DNA from: Mobula hypostoma
Lineage: Eukaryota
DNA: 64,000 nucleotides
Assembly (NCBI RefSeq): GCF_963921235.1
Contig: NC_086108.1
Location: 76,944,001 to 77,008,000, forward strand
Direction of reading: 5' to 3'
The notes beneath the pieces were generated by a model. It had not been told where the DNA came from. It did no database searches and was given only the letters and a program-made list of their open reading frames with translations. Shown one piece after another: positions 1 through 13,301 of this stretch. The position numbers and the translations under genes were made by a program. Positions within the stretch are counted from its first letter, which is position 1. Every line of letters starts with the position of its first letter.

Positions 1-300
1 GTTCAAGTGGTCACAAACTGTAGTGATTAGGGTTGTGCCAGTTGGTTCATGAACCATATGATTGAAGGGAAACAGCTGTTCTTTATGAACCTGTTGGTGT
101 GAAATTTCGGTACCTTCTGCCCATCGGTAGCTGTGAGAAGATAGCATGGCCCCGATGGTGTGATTCCATAAAATCAGCCAATGGAGGGAAGCGATGTGCT
201 CATGGTATTGGGCAGAGTCTGCTACTCTATACAGTTTTTTATGTTCCTACACTTTTGAATTGCTGTACCCAGGACCTGATGTTCTGTATTGCAAGTTTTG
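1..300 (-). mobile_element. Degenerate Rex1/Babar-type LINE 3' fragment
   Basis: Resembles the other minus-strand Rex1 3' ends (e.g. gaagatagcatggccccgatggtg vs 19250-19300). Boundaries approximate. Confidence 0.5.
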
Positions 301-565
301 AATGAGCTGACTGTGGAGATGATAGATGTACTAGTTGTTATCTTTAACATTCCATAGAGTTTAGAATGTTTGTAACAAATTGGAAGGGAATAAATGTAAC
401 CTCAGTTTAAAAAAAAGGTTGAAGAGAGAAAACGATGAACTATAGACTGGTAAACAGGTGATGGGAGTTAAAAAAAAAGCTAGAATCTATTAATTAGAAA
501 GTTTACACCGCACTTGGGGAGGAGGGAGTGGGAGGAGCAGTGAATGGATTGGGTGGGTTAGCCTT

Positions 566-945
566 GGATCAGAATCAGAAGCAAGTTTAATATCACCAGT
601 ATTTGTCGTGAAATGTATTAACTTAGTGGCAGCAGTACAATACATGACAATAAGAAAAAAATAAGTTGTGTGTGTGCATGTGTGTATGTATATGTGTGTG
701 TGTGTGTGTTTACACACACACACACACTATTTATAATAGTTCAATTAAAAGCAGTGCAAAAGTGAGGTAGTGTTCATGGGTTCCATTTTCATTTAGGAAT
801 CGGATGGCAGAGGAGAAGCAGTTTTTCCTGAATTGCTGAGTGGGGAAGTCCTTAATAATGGACGGTGCCTTTCTGAGGCACCACTTCTTGAAGGTGTCTT
901 GGATACTACGGAGGCTCGTACCCAAGATGGAGCCGACTAATATTG
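566..945 (-). mobile_element. Rex1/Babar LINE 3' fragment with (TCTGAT)n-type tail and internal (TG)n/(CA)n microsatellite
   Basis: ORF 731-925 (MGTSLRSIQDTFKKWCLRKAPSIIKD) matches the C-terminus in ORF 13920-14399. Tail gatcagaatcaga. Microsatellite at 667-727. Confidence 0.8.
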
Positions 946-1009
946 CAGCTTTTTTGCGAAAGAGAAATTAAGTTTGCCATATAACATACTGATATATTAA
1001 TATTTAACA

Positions 1010-1710
1010 TACTGCTACACGCAAAGGGCTAGTTAACAGGCAGATAGTAAGAATAAATGGATGGCTTTCAAGTTGGGAGGCTGTAACTAGTGGGAAACTG
1101 CAGTGATCAGTGCCTGGGCACTAGTTATTCACAATTTATGTCAATGATTTGGATTAGGAGACTATGTGTAATCTAGGTTTGCTGATGATTTTATGCTGGG
1201 AGGTATTGTTGCTTATGCTTTGGATTTGGCAAGAGTTTAAGGGATATGGGTAAACTATAACTTATAAGCATGCAGGAGCCCATTAGCCCAATTTCCTTAT
1301 TTCCCTGCATTTCTCACTCCTCATATAGGAGCATCCAGGAGTTCCCATCTGTTAAATGGAGAGAACATGCTCACTTTACTCAGACAGCAATCCGGATTGA
1401 ACCTGGCTTCCTAAAACTTTGAGGCTTAGAAATTGAGTCTTAGAATGTAAGATTGGGAGGTTTTCCTAGAACTGCTTATAATGCTAATTAGGCCATGGCT
1501 GAGTCAATCCTCCACATTGTAGGAGAGATGAGATGGCATTTAAGAGGATATAGAGAAGATTTATGCGAATGTTGCCAGGACTGAAAATTGTAACTATGAA
1601 GAAAGGATGGGTAAAATTGAGTTATTTTCCATGGAACTTTTTTCAACTGGCACAAGTTTAAAGGACCAAATGGCCTTCTCCTGTATCATCAATTCCCAAT
1701 GGTTCTTTCT
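1010..1710 (+). mobile_element. Old CR1 LINE RT/3' fragments interrupted by a V-SINE remnant (~1255-1420, minus)
   Basis: CR1-like DNA: gtaactagtgggaaactgcagtgatcagtgcctggg (SGVPQGSVLG-like), aggtttgctgatga (FADD), and a CR1 3' end ggaccaaatggccttctcctg. Confidence 0.55.
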
Positions 1711-2524
1711 ATGATTCTGATTTGTTTACCTGCAATCATTTGAGTATTCTGCCAGGAAGTTGGGGATTTTTGATACTATTTGACATTATTTAGTATAAAT
1801 TGAGATATGGATTTATAGCAAGTTCATTTGATTAACTCTTGAAGTGAAATTAGAGTGCCTTTGCACTGCTTTATTTTTTATAGTGAAATCAGTGTTTATA
1901 GTTTTTGAGAGGGAGAGAGCGACTGAGACTCTCATTCTACAGGTGCTGACTGACATGTATTTAAGTTTCCCCTGAATTCAAGTTAAGTTTCATTTTAAAA
2001 TTATCCTATAAAATTCTGGGGCTGTTAATGTGGAGTGCATTTTCTTTTTATTCTTGCACCCTACTTTATATTCACTGGATGCTGTGATCTCTTAAAGTTT
2101 ATGCCAAATGGAAAGTCACTTGGAGGTGGCCAGCAAGGGGTGTGATATACGTTGTACAAATAATAATTTGATGTTGGTGTTTTGATGATTTCCATTCAAT
2201 ACATAAAATTTCTTGCCACATTATTATGTTTAAGGATAGGATGTGTATTTCTTAGGTCTTCACTACAGCTAGATTTTCTTCCCTACTATTGTGCGAAGTA
2301 GTTACAGAATCGGGTAACTGTAGCATTCCACTTGCATCTCTGCATAGTATGGAGCAGCTTTTGCCTGCCTTCAGTAAGGAATGAACTGCATTTAAATAGT
2401 GGCAGATAAGTGCAAGTTACAGTTGCATTTAAGAAGTGTTAGGGAATTAATACCCTTTAGTACCTGCCAACATTCAACAGGATTTCCATTCTAGCATTCT
2501 TTAGGTCACCATCGACCAAAAACA

Positions 2525-2862
2525 GTCATAGAGAGATAAGCGTGGAAACAGGCTCTTATTTCTGTTACGTAGTCCACTGAGTTTACATTAATCTTACAAT
2601 AATTTGATTTTTTATATTCACTCTGCATTCTCAGTAACTCTGTCCAGATTTAACCATTCACCAGGGCACAAGGGCAATTTACACAGGCCAATTAACCTAC
2701 CAAACCACAACTCTTTGACATGTGGGAGGAAACCAGAGCTCTAGAAGATTACCTACTTGGTTACAGACAGAGTATACAAACACTATACACACAACTTTTG
2801 AGTTTAGGATTGAACACAGCTCTCCGGAACTGTGAAACATTGGCTCTACTAGCGGCACCAAC
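2525..2862 (-). mobile_element. V-SINE (HE1-like) copy
   Basis: Reverse complement of the V-domain (tttgacatgtgggaggaaaccagagc) plus a tRNA-like head remnant (ggattgaac...ctctactagcggcacca). Confidence 0.65.
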
Positions 2863-3299
2863 AGGACGTGTCAGCTAAATGCCAAACCTGCAGTAGGCAT
2901 TCATAAGAATTATGGCAACTGACTCATCTCTCGGCTCTCCAAAGTCTTTCCACAGTCTACAAGGCACAAGTCAGCTCAATGATAGAATGTCCTCCATGTG
3001 CTTACTGTGTGTAGCTTCAGTAGCATCCAAGCCTAGGGCTGTGCAGAATATCTGTTCAGTCTGTGTTCATCCCACTTTCATTCTGTTTCTGGCTTTATTC
3101 TGTCATTGCTCCAACAATGCCCAATGCAACTTAGTGATACAGCACGTCATTTTCTAATGGGCATATTATAGTTCTCAGGACTCGCTGTTGAATTTCACAA
3201 AATCACCCTTTTATGTTTCTGTTTCTAACCATTTTTAAAGTAATTGTTACTCTTAACAATTCTGTTTTGCACCGTATCACAATCATTCTCTCTATCCTT

Positions 3300-3445
3300 G
3301 CATCCTTTCCCCACTCAAACTTAAAATGCTTGATTTTTCAGTTTTCTAGTTCTGATGAAGAGGTCTCCCTGTGGAACCTGCTGTACCTGTTGAGAGCCTC
3401 CAGCTTTTTCAGTTTTGGCTTGGGTTCCCAACATCTGCTTTGGTA
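3300..3445 (+). mobile_element. Degenerate Penelope 3' (pLTR) fragment
   Basis: ctgatgaagaggtctc...acctgttgagagcctccagc...tttcccaacatctgc resembles 36590-36715. Confidence 0.55.
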
Positions 3446-4254
3446 AAGATGATTGCAGGTTTGCTGTTTTTGCTGCAGTTATCTTGGCCAAAGCAGTCTG
3501 CTTGATTGGCATTCAATCACATTCTAAGCATCCCCACTATCTACTAACTGCATGCACACAACTCAGATCAGGACAGTAGGCACAAAGGAGTGTCATCACC
3601 AGCAATCTTCTCCCCAAGTGTTGAATTTAAAATATAGTGCAATCCCTTCCTCATTATGGGTCAAAATCCTGTAGTTCCCGAATTGGAACTATGACTGCAG
3701 TTCGAAATTGGCATTGCCATTAATACATATTTCCATGCATGAATTAAAGCATTGCTGGTACCATAAATTAATGGTAATTGTAGCCGATTGATCCTTCTGA
3801 TGTTAATGCACTGTTAGCAGTTTTTGAATTTTAAAATGATTTTTCTCTCTTTATTTCTCATCACACACATACACAAATATTTAGCAACTGTGTTATATAA
3901 AGTTGTACCTACTTCTTACCTTCACAATCATTATTCTATTAGCTTACATGTTTACAGTGTACAAAAATATATATTTTTTGTAAATTTGGCTGGCTATATA
4001 AATTCATCACCATCTTCTGTTTGTTTCTTGATGGCATGCAAAATATGATCTTAATCTCAGCTTCCTGTGTTGTGGAATTAATCCACGGGGCAAATGGGAA
4101 ATTGTTCAAACCATGTTGCCTCCATGCCAGCACAAAGGTCACCCCCAGTTTCACGAGGTGCACTACATGGATGCTGTTTACTATTCATACATTCAAAGGT
4201 ACTTTAGAAGTATAAAAGATACTGGCTCTTACTCTTAACATCTGCAAAAGAAAA

Positions 4255-5030
4255 GTACACCCCTCACAATATATTGCCCTACTAAATATGGCAGCCTCCT
4301 TTATCAAGAAGCCATGACTCAATGAAAGCCTTTATCGAAGATGAGGCTGTCAGAATTTTAATGTGTAAGCATGGTTTTGGCCATGTGAAGAAAAACCTCT
4401 TTGACGATTACTTCAGAAGGACACATCTGAGACATGAGCTACCTACAGAAGGCTCCTCAAAGCATCGGGGGAAATAACACCAATGCTGTCCGTGGTGAAT
4501 CCTCCAAATCCATGGGCAGGATGACCAAATAATGGCAGTAATCTCTGCCAGCCTTCTCAGCACTGAGGTCTAATGAAACCTGGTTGGCTTCAGTGGTCTG
4601 TATCCATTGTTTGCATATCTGATCTCAGATTATAGAGGCACTCTGAGCCTTTTCATGGTATGAAATTGCATATTATGAACAGAGGAAAGGATTTATGTAA
4701 GCCTGCCTGTAAAAGTAATATCTGCATTGACAGGTGGGAATGCTAGGCCTATGACTACACAAAATGGCATAGGAAAATTTGGAATGGCATTGACAATCTT
4801 GAATCCATGTCTTGGAGTATACTGAAAGCCATAATAAGCAGTGGAAAGAAGGCACTATCTTGATAGTGAGAGACTTTAGTCATACTGAAATCTATCTGGC
4901 TGTGCCAGTATTCTGATTCCAAACTGGTTTCACCAGCCTGGAAGCTCAGCAGGTTGAGTGGTAGCAAGTCATCTTCGATCACAAGAGGAAGAAGACAAGA
5001 ATGAAAGCCACAGTGTTTCTATCCTAATTT
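4255..5030 (+). mobile_element. Old RTE-clade LINE 3' fragment
   Basis: Degenerate C-terminal RT-like coding (atcctccaaatccatgggcaggatg, ILQIHWQD-like; gaatccatgtcttggagtatactg). Ends in a gaagaaga tail. A related fragment lies on the minus strand at ~15180-15560. Confidence 0.45.
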
Positions 5031-7923
5031 GCCTTTCGAGTTTGAAGTTTAGACAAATCCAAATTTTGAAGATTTCTTGTCTTCATAGCAATTATTGTTT
5101 CTGAACTTTATATATTAACGTCAGTACAATTTTGTAAATTCAGAGCTGTACAATTGCTTGTTACTGAATTGTGAGCAATATTATGGACCCTGTTGCGGTC
5201 TCTTGCCTAGCAGTTATAAGAGTAGTGTTGGCAAACTGTTGGAAAGAGTCTTAACAGTTTACTGCTGCTGACCTTTGACTTTTTTTGTGAAATAGCAAAT
5301 CTACACACTTATAGTCATTAAGTTTTGAGAGTCTTATGGACAAAAACCTGCAGACGTCTTTCCTTTTCCTACTTTTGTCCCTTTAGAGTTAGGTTGAAAA
5401 GACGGAAGGCCTTGTATTTATATTGAATCTTTTCCTACATCCTATAACTGAAGAAGTACTTTTGAAGTGCTTTCAGTGTTGTATTGCAGTAAAAATAGTC
5501 AGATTGTTTTAAAGCGCAAACGTAAATTTACAGAGCAAATTGATATCATGGTGATTCCAATTGATGTAATGCTTGGGTGTGAGAATCCTAATATAGAACC
5601 GTAGATGACTTTATTTTGACTTTTTTTTCATGGTGTTAAGACAGAGTGCATTACCAATTTGGTTTGGTTCTGTTGTTTGTTTGTGCCCTCCATTATATTG
5701 TAGTGGAAATGTCCTTGGCCCAAGCCTGATGGTTCTTCAGAGAAAGAGGAGAAAATGACTCTTCCTTAGTTCATCACTGAATTTTTGTAATTGATCTACA
5801 TTGTGAAGGTGGAATTCAGACATCTGAGTATCTAGTCACTATCTTGACTGTGTACAATGTGTCAACTGATAAATCTTCAGTGCCTTTCAGCATTTTATAG
5901 CCACTTTTCCTAATTTGACTCACCCCAATTATATCTTGTGACTCAAGGGCTACAAGGTTGATGAGGGCAGCCTTCTTACCATCTACGATATGTCAATTGA
6001 CAAGCTTCTGTCTGCGTCTTGTCATTCCTTTGGGTTCACGTCAATAACAGATTTCCTAATTAACCACAAAGGGTATGTCAGTTTGCTTGTGCAGATATCC
6101 CTTGGGATCAGTGGATACTCTAAATGTTTAGCAAATATGAAACTGTGTTGCTGTTTCCCTGGGTAACACTGGGGAGGGTCAGTGGGGTAGTAAGGTTGTT
6201 GGCAGGTGGGGAATGACATGGAGCTGGTGGGGCTGGCATACAGCTGAGAGTAAAGCAATCTGAACTATCAGTTGTATTGTAAACTATTTGAAAGAACCGA
6301 TGTGCAGCAGGCATTTGCCGTTTTGTTAGTACATTTATAACTTGTTGCTTCCCATACTTGCATTAGCGTAAGTAATGCAGAGGTGTTGATTATATTAAAT
6401 AGAAGTATCTCTAAGCATGGTACTTCCTTGGTATATGAAGTAGTGGCTCTTCAATGGGTACTCTTGTTGCTGCACTGGAGATTGTGTTATAGTTTCACTT
6501 GGAATTGATCTGTTTCAGTGTGGGAGTGAGAATCTGGATTTCTTTTCAGAATTAAAAAAGAATCCTGTTTGTTACTGTACCTTTGTGTTTCCTTCTGCCT
6601 ATTGGTTTTTGTTTGAAGTTCTTTGTTGTTTTAGCGGTGATCACTGATGAAAATATAAGTGAATTGTATTTGAAGAGTTTGCAAGAGAAGCACAGCCACT
6701 AGAAAATGACAAAAACAATGCATTTGAGCTCTGTATGTAAGTTATAATGTTAGCTCAAATTCTGATCAATAGCATGGTTGATAATATCTGTATAATTTAC
6801 AACAAGCTCTTGATTCATTCTTTCTTATAGTTAATGAACATGTCCCTGTTTTGAATTACCCACATTCCCCAGTATGGGGATACTGGGAACTGTTAGCTTA
6901 TTATTTTAGGACCCCTCCCTTTCCCAGGAACAAATTTAACAATATCCTTTTGGTGCTCTCAGTGGCAAAATAATACCCATCTGAAGGGTTTGTAGTTTTT
7001 TTCTCAAACTGAAAATAAAGCACACAGTATTGATTTAAGAGCAAAAACTAAGAAATGTAGGGATGTAATTGGCAGAATAGGTTTTTGATTTGAAAATTTC
7101 AGAGTTGAAGCTCTTTACAACAGTCCCACCTTTCCACATTACCAGAGAGCAATATATGGAGGGTCTTTGATTAGGCAGTTTATTTGAGAGATAAATAAAC
7201 TCTCAAATAAATAAACTCTGACAAAGATGTTGCCCTTGATCATGCACATATCCGTAAACGCCTCAAGCTTCAGACTGCAGGAAGAAATATAATTACCCAT
7301 CCATATCCACAAACATTTTGGATCGTTTTCTTTGTTTTAGTTACTATTTATCTGCAAACTAACATTTCTTTAAAAAACTATGGAATTATGTATTTCATTA
7401 CATTTAGTTGGACCACAGGATTGTGAAAATCAATCATCACGTCTTCCAACATCACGACAATAACGGCACGGTAGAAGCACAAGAGGCAAAAACTACCAAT
7501 GGTGTTTATGCAAAATTTTCTATATTCATCGTGAGGAAAAACAAATCGATGTCAGTGTTCTCTCTGAGGCTCCACTTCACTGGAGAGTGTTGGGAATCAG
7601 GTGCATCCACTGGTTAAGATTACATTTTTCATGCCTTCATGCTTCCAGGCAGCCACATGCCCAAAATGTTACTTTTGAACACTGCACATGAGGTGATCTT
7701 CATTTACTAATGGCACTGGAGAAAGCCAAACATTTCTTTGGTTTGTACTGGCTGAAGATAGGCTTCGGACATCATAGGACCTACCAACCCTTTTTTTTAA
7801 GACTATGGACAGATCCTTGTACAATATAGCACTTTAAATGTAAATCTAAGTATATTTTAAATGTGGTAGGTGTTTATGTTGGAGTTTTTTTAAGATTCCT
7901 GAATCTGAAGTGTATATAATATA

Positions 7924-8539
7924 TGAGGGGTGATTGATAAGTTCGTGGCCCAAGGTAGGACTTCGAGTCAATTTTAGAAAACCTAACACATTTATTTTTC
8001 CTACATTTACACACTTAGTCCAACGGTCGTGGAGCATTCAGATCCCTTCTTTGTAAAAGTCGGCATCTTGGACCTCCAGAAAGTAGTCCATAGCAGGGGT
8101 GATTGAGAAGTTCGTGGCCTGAAGTAGAAGGAGATGAGGAGAAACTTCAAACTTTCTGCATTTTCACTCAGAGTTGAACTGCGCGTGCATGTAACGAGAG
8201 CTATAGAACTCATCTCCGTCTACCTTAGGCCACGAACTTATCAATCACCCCTGCTGTGGACCACCTGGAGGTCCAAGATGCTCTTGTTACATGCACGTGC
8301 AGTTCAACTCTTTGAGTGATAGTGCAGAAAGTTTGATGTTAATAACTCATCGCCTTCTACCTTAGGCCACAAACTTATCAATCACCCCTGCTGTGGAGCA
8401 CTTCTACAAAGAAGGGATCCGTATGCTCCACGACCGCTGGACTAAGTGTAGGAGGGGACTATGTTGAAAAATAAATGTGCTAGGTTTTCTAACATTGACT
8501 CCTTCTACCTTAGGTCACAAACTTATCAATCACCCCTTG
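7924..8539. mobile_element. Palindromic mariner-derived MITE
   Basis: TA TSD at 7922-23 and 8540-41. Terminal inverted repeat (TIR) (c/t)gaggggtgattgataagttcgtggcc...aggtag. Both arms carry the mariner transposase C-terminus FYKEGIRMLHDRWTKC..GGDYVEK* (8402-8474, and minus ORF 7846-8037). Three extra internal TIR copies. Confidence 0.88.
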
Positions 8540-9689
8540 TATCTAAAGTAGGCAGGACTGTAACATATAAGTATGGTGCAGTCTGAGAGTTGATGTGATG
8601 CTTATGAGATGATCTTCCTTCTCTATAGTCCATGTGTTACATGTGTTCCTGGAACTGAAATTTCCTTTTATGTTTTTATAACTAAACACAGTATGTAGTT
8701 GATCTTATTAAAGCTTTTTTTTCTTTGAATGCTCAGTAGCTAATTGCATCCATGGAGAGCTGCTTGCAAATAAATCTCTGACAAGTGTGGCCACTTGCGT
8801 AGATGACTGCTCTGCACCCTACTAACGGTAGTTGTTTCTCCAAACATGTGGTGTTAACTTCACTCAGTTGTTCCAAGGAGATTAACAGATGAGATTTCTT
8901 ATCCTTCATCTGAAGGCAAAGTGACTTTGTCATTCTGTATATTTTGCATATTAAAAGGCTATTTTCTGTGTTCAGTCAGGTGTGTCAATATGGAATCTCT
9001 GTTGTGGCCATTAACTTGACCCTAATCAGAATTTATCCAATTAAATGCAACAGTATCTTTCACATGGGATTGCTGAGCATTGTCTCCAAAACCTTAAAGT
9101 GCTTACATACATGTTGTTTAGAAATTGATGAGCTGCTTCATTTTGGTGGTATATATTAGTTTTTATCCTCTTGAAATCACTTTGAACATGCATTGTTCCT
9201 AGAGCAAATACTGACTTTCTAATTTAAGATGATGAAGCCCCAGAATAAATATATTACCATTTCAGTTTAATTTTAATGTTTTAAAATTCATTTATCATTT
9301 AGAATAAGTAAAGTTCACTCCATTTGAATTTTACTAATAAAACTTAATATGCTTTGTAATGTGTGTAGCATTTGTGTTCAGCTGAAAGCCCAATGCACAT
9401 GTAGTGCAAACTTTTCCGGTAAGGCCCACATAGTTTCTTGAACGGAATAAAGTTCACTGTGGCAATCCCATAATAAAAATGTAAACGTAGCATAACTGGA
9501 CTTGACTCTGATCTCTTTTCATTTGGGTAAACAAGGCTGACTCAAGGAGATGACTGCACATTGTGAACAATAGTTAATTAATGATCTTAATTTAATAACA
9601 TTTCACCAACATCTTTAGAGCCCGATATCTTTGTGAAATTCTTCCACCCACCATCAAGTTTGCATTTTACAGGTTTGATGTTACATTTT

Positions 9690-10080
9690 ACAGGTTAGAT
9701 AGAGGTATTTAAAATTATGAGGGGGATTGGTAGAGTTGGTGTGGATAGGCTTTTTCCATTGAGAGTGGGGAGAGATTCAAACAAGAGGATGTGAGTTGAG
9801 AGTTAAAGGACAAAAGTTTAGGGGTAACATGAAGGGGAACTTCTTTACTCAGAGAGTGGTAGCTGTGTGGAATGAGCTTCCAGCAGAAGTGGTTGAGGCA
9901 GGTTCGATGTTGTCATTTAAAGTTAAATTACGTTTGTAGATAGATATATGGATAGGAAAGGAATGGAGGGTTGTGGGCTGAGTGCAGGTCAGTGGGACTA
10001 GGTGAGAGTAAGAGTTCAACAGGGATTAGAAGGACCGAGATGGCCTGTTTCCGTGCTGTAATTGTTATATGGTTATATAT
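9690..10080 (+). mobile_element. CR1 (HER1-like) LINE 3' end
   Basis: atagaggtatttaaaattatgagggg...aacttctttactcagagagtggtagctgtgtggaatgagcttcca (FFTQRVV..WN.LP), ending ggcctgtttccgtgctgtaattgttatatggttatat. Confidence 0.85.
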
Positions 10081-10589
10081 TCACAACACCCTTCTTTATT
10101 TGAAACTGTGAAGTCTTCCATTTAGGTCATAAGATCCCAGATGAGTTTGGAAATACCTTTTATATTATCTCTCAGTACCGCTTAGACATACAGACTGCAG
10201 AAGATATTGTATATCTACAGGTAATATATCCAATTATATTTATTGTTGGTCCACTTCATACCATAGATTCATTAGTTGCAATTTACATCCTGATGTTAAT
10301 TTTTAACTTTCTTAACTTGGGCTGAAGTGTTGCTGAAGTGTTCTTCCCTACAAAATAGCCCCCTACTTGTGAAATTTTTGTGACCGAATAAAAAAGGGAG
10401 TGTCTAGAGCTTTGATGCAGATCTGCACCAATTCCAATCAACAAAAATATGATTACTGCCTGCTGACAGTGTCGACTCCTGAAATATTCCATTTGACTCC
10501 TGGATGTCTGAGAGTATAGGTCAAGATTTTATTTTTGCAAAATTAGTAGTTACCAGGGTGAAGTTAAATCATAATTGTCTTTTTAGTTT

Positions 10590-10720
10590 GAGCCACGCTG
10601 CCCAGCAATCCCCTGATTTAATCTGAGCCTAATCATGGGACAATTTACAATGACCAATTAACCCATCAACCGGTACGTCTTTGGACTGTGAACCAGAGAA
10701 CCCAGAAGAAACCCATGTTT
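10590..10720 (-). mobile_element. V-SINE fragment
   Basis: gggacaatttacaatgaccaattaacc...ggtacgtctttggactgtg...gaaacccatg. Confidence 0.6.
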
Positions 10721-11154
10721 TAAAATGAGCACCAGAACATCCTGTAAAGCCTGTGGCCCATCTATTTTGTAGTGAGTGGTTAAGTAACATGCTGTATTCT
10801 GTTAGGCTGAAATATCAGCTATTATGGAAATTCTCTAAACGGTACTGTGGAAGGTTTCAGCCTATTTTCTGGCACTTCGGTGATTTGCAGTAGTGCTTCT
10901 TTTCCAGCTTCCTTTGTACTCTGCAGTACAATAGATTTGAAGGATCGTACAAGCAGGATCATTCAGTCCATCATAGCTGTCTCAATCTTTGTAGAAAAAT
11001 CCAAAACATTTCTATTCTCTCACTTTTTTTTCTGTTGCCCATCTTGTTTTCCTCAAGTACTTAACCAGGTCCCTTTCAAAACTCCTGATTTTTTTACTTT
11101 TGTTTCCACCACCTAGACAGACATTGAATTGCAAATCATAACTTTGAAGTTACT

Positions 11155-11395
11155 TGAGTCAGAGGGTGGTAAATCTGTGGAATTTGTTGCCACGAGCAGC
11201 TGTGGAGGCCAAGTCATTGGGTGTATTTAAGCAGAGATAGATAGGTTCTTGATTAGCCAGGGCATCAAAGGGTATGGGTTGAAGGCAGGGGAGTGGGGAG
11301 GACTGGAAGAATTGGATCAGCCCATGATTGAATGGCGGAGCAGACTCAATGGGCCGAATGACCTACTTCTGCTCTTGTACCTTATGGTCTTATAA
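11155..11395 (+). mobile_element. CR1 LINE 3' end
   Basis: cagagggtggtaaatctgtggaatttgttgccacg...gggccgaatgacctacttctgctcttgtaccttatggtctta. Confidence 0.85.
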
Positions 11396-11454
11396 TCACC
11401 CTGTGCACATAAACAATCACTTGAATTCTAAACCCTTCCCCATGTCTTTACCTA

Positions 11455-11757
11455 CTGGCCATCCCTGGGTTACAAACACCCAACTTCTAGGTATCTGTAC
11501 ATACAAACGAGATGTGTGATATTAATAAATTCAGAACTCCCATATGCGTACATACATATGGTCATTCCTATGATTGGTAGAATTAATTTCCTCCCTCTCT
11601 TCACTTCTAGTAATTGTTCTTATGTGTTTCTGATGCCATTCATTACAATATTTTGGAGGTATGGTATGGAGGGGTGTATATGTATTTTCTGATTAATGGA
11701 AAAAATTTGACTAAAGGATGCCTATAAAACGGAACCCATTAATTGCCTGGATTAATT
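11455..11757. mobile_element. Old Tigger-like MITE (~300 bp)
   Basis: Begins ta-ctggccatccctgggttacaaac. Right part ttctgattaatggaaaaaatttgactaaaggat...ggaaccc resembles 27300-27377. TIRs are degenerate. Confidence 0.4.
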
Positions 11758-11865
11758 TAAATCTGTGTCCCTTAAACATTGAATTATCCATAATTGGAAC
11801 AGCATTTCTCTCTTTGCCCCTATTGCAGTTTTGTATATCTGTTACATCTCCTTTTGGCACATTTA

Positions 11866-13301
11866 CAGGTTTCCCCCGCCATCCAAAGGTACAGCGTTCC
11901 TATGAAACGGTTCGTAAGCCGGAATGTCGTAAAGCGAAAAAGCAATTACCATTTATTTATGTGGGAAAAATTTGTGAGCGTTTGCAGACCCAAAAAAAAA
12001 TCTACCAAATCATGTCAAATAACACACTAAACCTAAAATAACAGTAACATGTAGTAAAAGCAGGAATGATATGATAAATACACAGCCTATATAAAGTAGA
12101 AATACTTTTCCACAATCATTGCCGCACTGTTCTCTGTAGCGAAAATCTCATGCAAGCACTTTTGGCAGAAACATGGCGCAAGCGCTCTCGGCGGAAAATC
12201 TCACGCAAGCGCTCTTGGCAGAAACACTCTCTCCAGTAACCTTTATGCTATGAAGCTGCCAAATCATACCAAATAACACATAAAAATACACAGCTTACAT
12301 AAAGTAGAAATAATGTATCACTTACAGGAACCAGGAAGACATTGAGCACACTGATGATGGTGTGTTAGGCTGAGTAGTCGGAGGTTGGGGCGGTGCAGTG
12401 GTCCCCACCCTCTGGGCAGCGAACTGATACCGATCCATGGAAAATGCAGCGGTAGCCGGGACGCACCCAGTGCATCCTTAAGAAAAAAGCCGAAATAAAC
12501 AAGCTAATTAATTAGGTGCCGCCAGGCATGTAAATGTCGGCCCAGATCAGAGGCGATGCAATCGGCAATCACCTCTGATCTGGGCCAACATTTACGTGCC
12601 GGGTGGCACCTAATCACTTAGCTTGTTTATTTCGGTTTTTTTCTTAAAGATGTGCTGGGAGCATCCCGACTACTGCTGCATTCTCCGCGGATCGGTATCT
12701 GTCTGCGGCCTGGGGGTTGGGGTGGTAGGACACTAGGGTGTCATCTCGTCGTCTGTTTCCATCGGGGCAGGCAGGTCATCTTCTTCACGTTCGGTTCCTG
12801 GACGACTTCACTTTCGGTCCTTTCACTACTGCATTCGGTTTCAATTGTTATCCTTTCCTCTTCCACTTGCATCAGCTCTTCATCTATCAGTTCTGAGTCA
12901 TGGGATGCCAAAACCTCTTCGATATCATCTTCTTCATCTTCCACAAGCCAAACTCACTTTGTCCTTACTTTGTTCACCATGATTGAAACACTTAATTATG
13001 TCTAGTTTTACGCTAAGTGTAACACCCTTACGAGTTCTTTTAGGCTTTTCCGATACCTTAGAACTCATCTTGCTAACGGCTGCTCACAGGCATGTGTTTA
13101 AGCAATGCCGTTCCAAATCCGGGGGAGAGTGGCTGCTTGGGGCACCCGCTGCTTTTTTATCACGCGCTGATTTTTTTTTCGCGAGCTGCCTTTTTTCATA
13201 ACAGTGAAAACACCTTCTGTTCGTGAAAACAGGTACTAATGTAGGTCTTTCGTAACAGCAAGGTGTCGTAAAGCAAACGTTCGAAAAGCGGGGGACACCT
13301 G
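11866..13301 (-). mobile_element. Internally deleted Tigger/pogo DNA transposon
   Basis: TA TSD at 11864-65 and 13302-03. TIRs caggtttcccccgc and gcgggggacacctg. Minus-strand acidic Tigger C-terminal peptide EDEEDDIEEVLASHDSELIDEELMQVEEE (12741-12944). About four ~25-bp tandem units at 12138-12235. Confidence 0.88.

Noticed and set aside
12138..12235. Short repeated units resembling a CRISPR array
   Set aside because: Eukaryotic DNA; these are degenerate tandem units without unique spacers inside a Tigger element.
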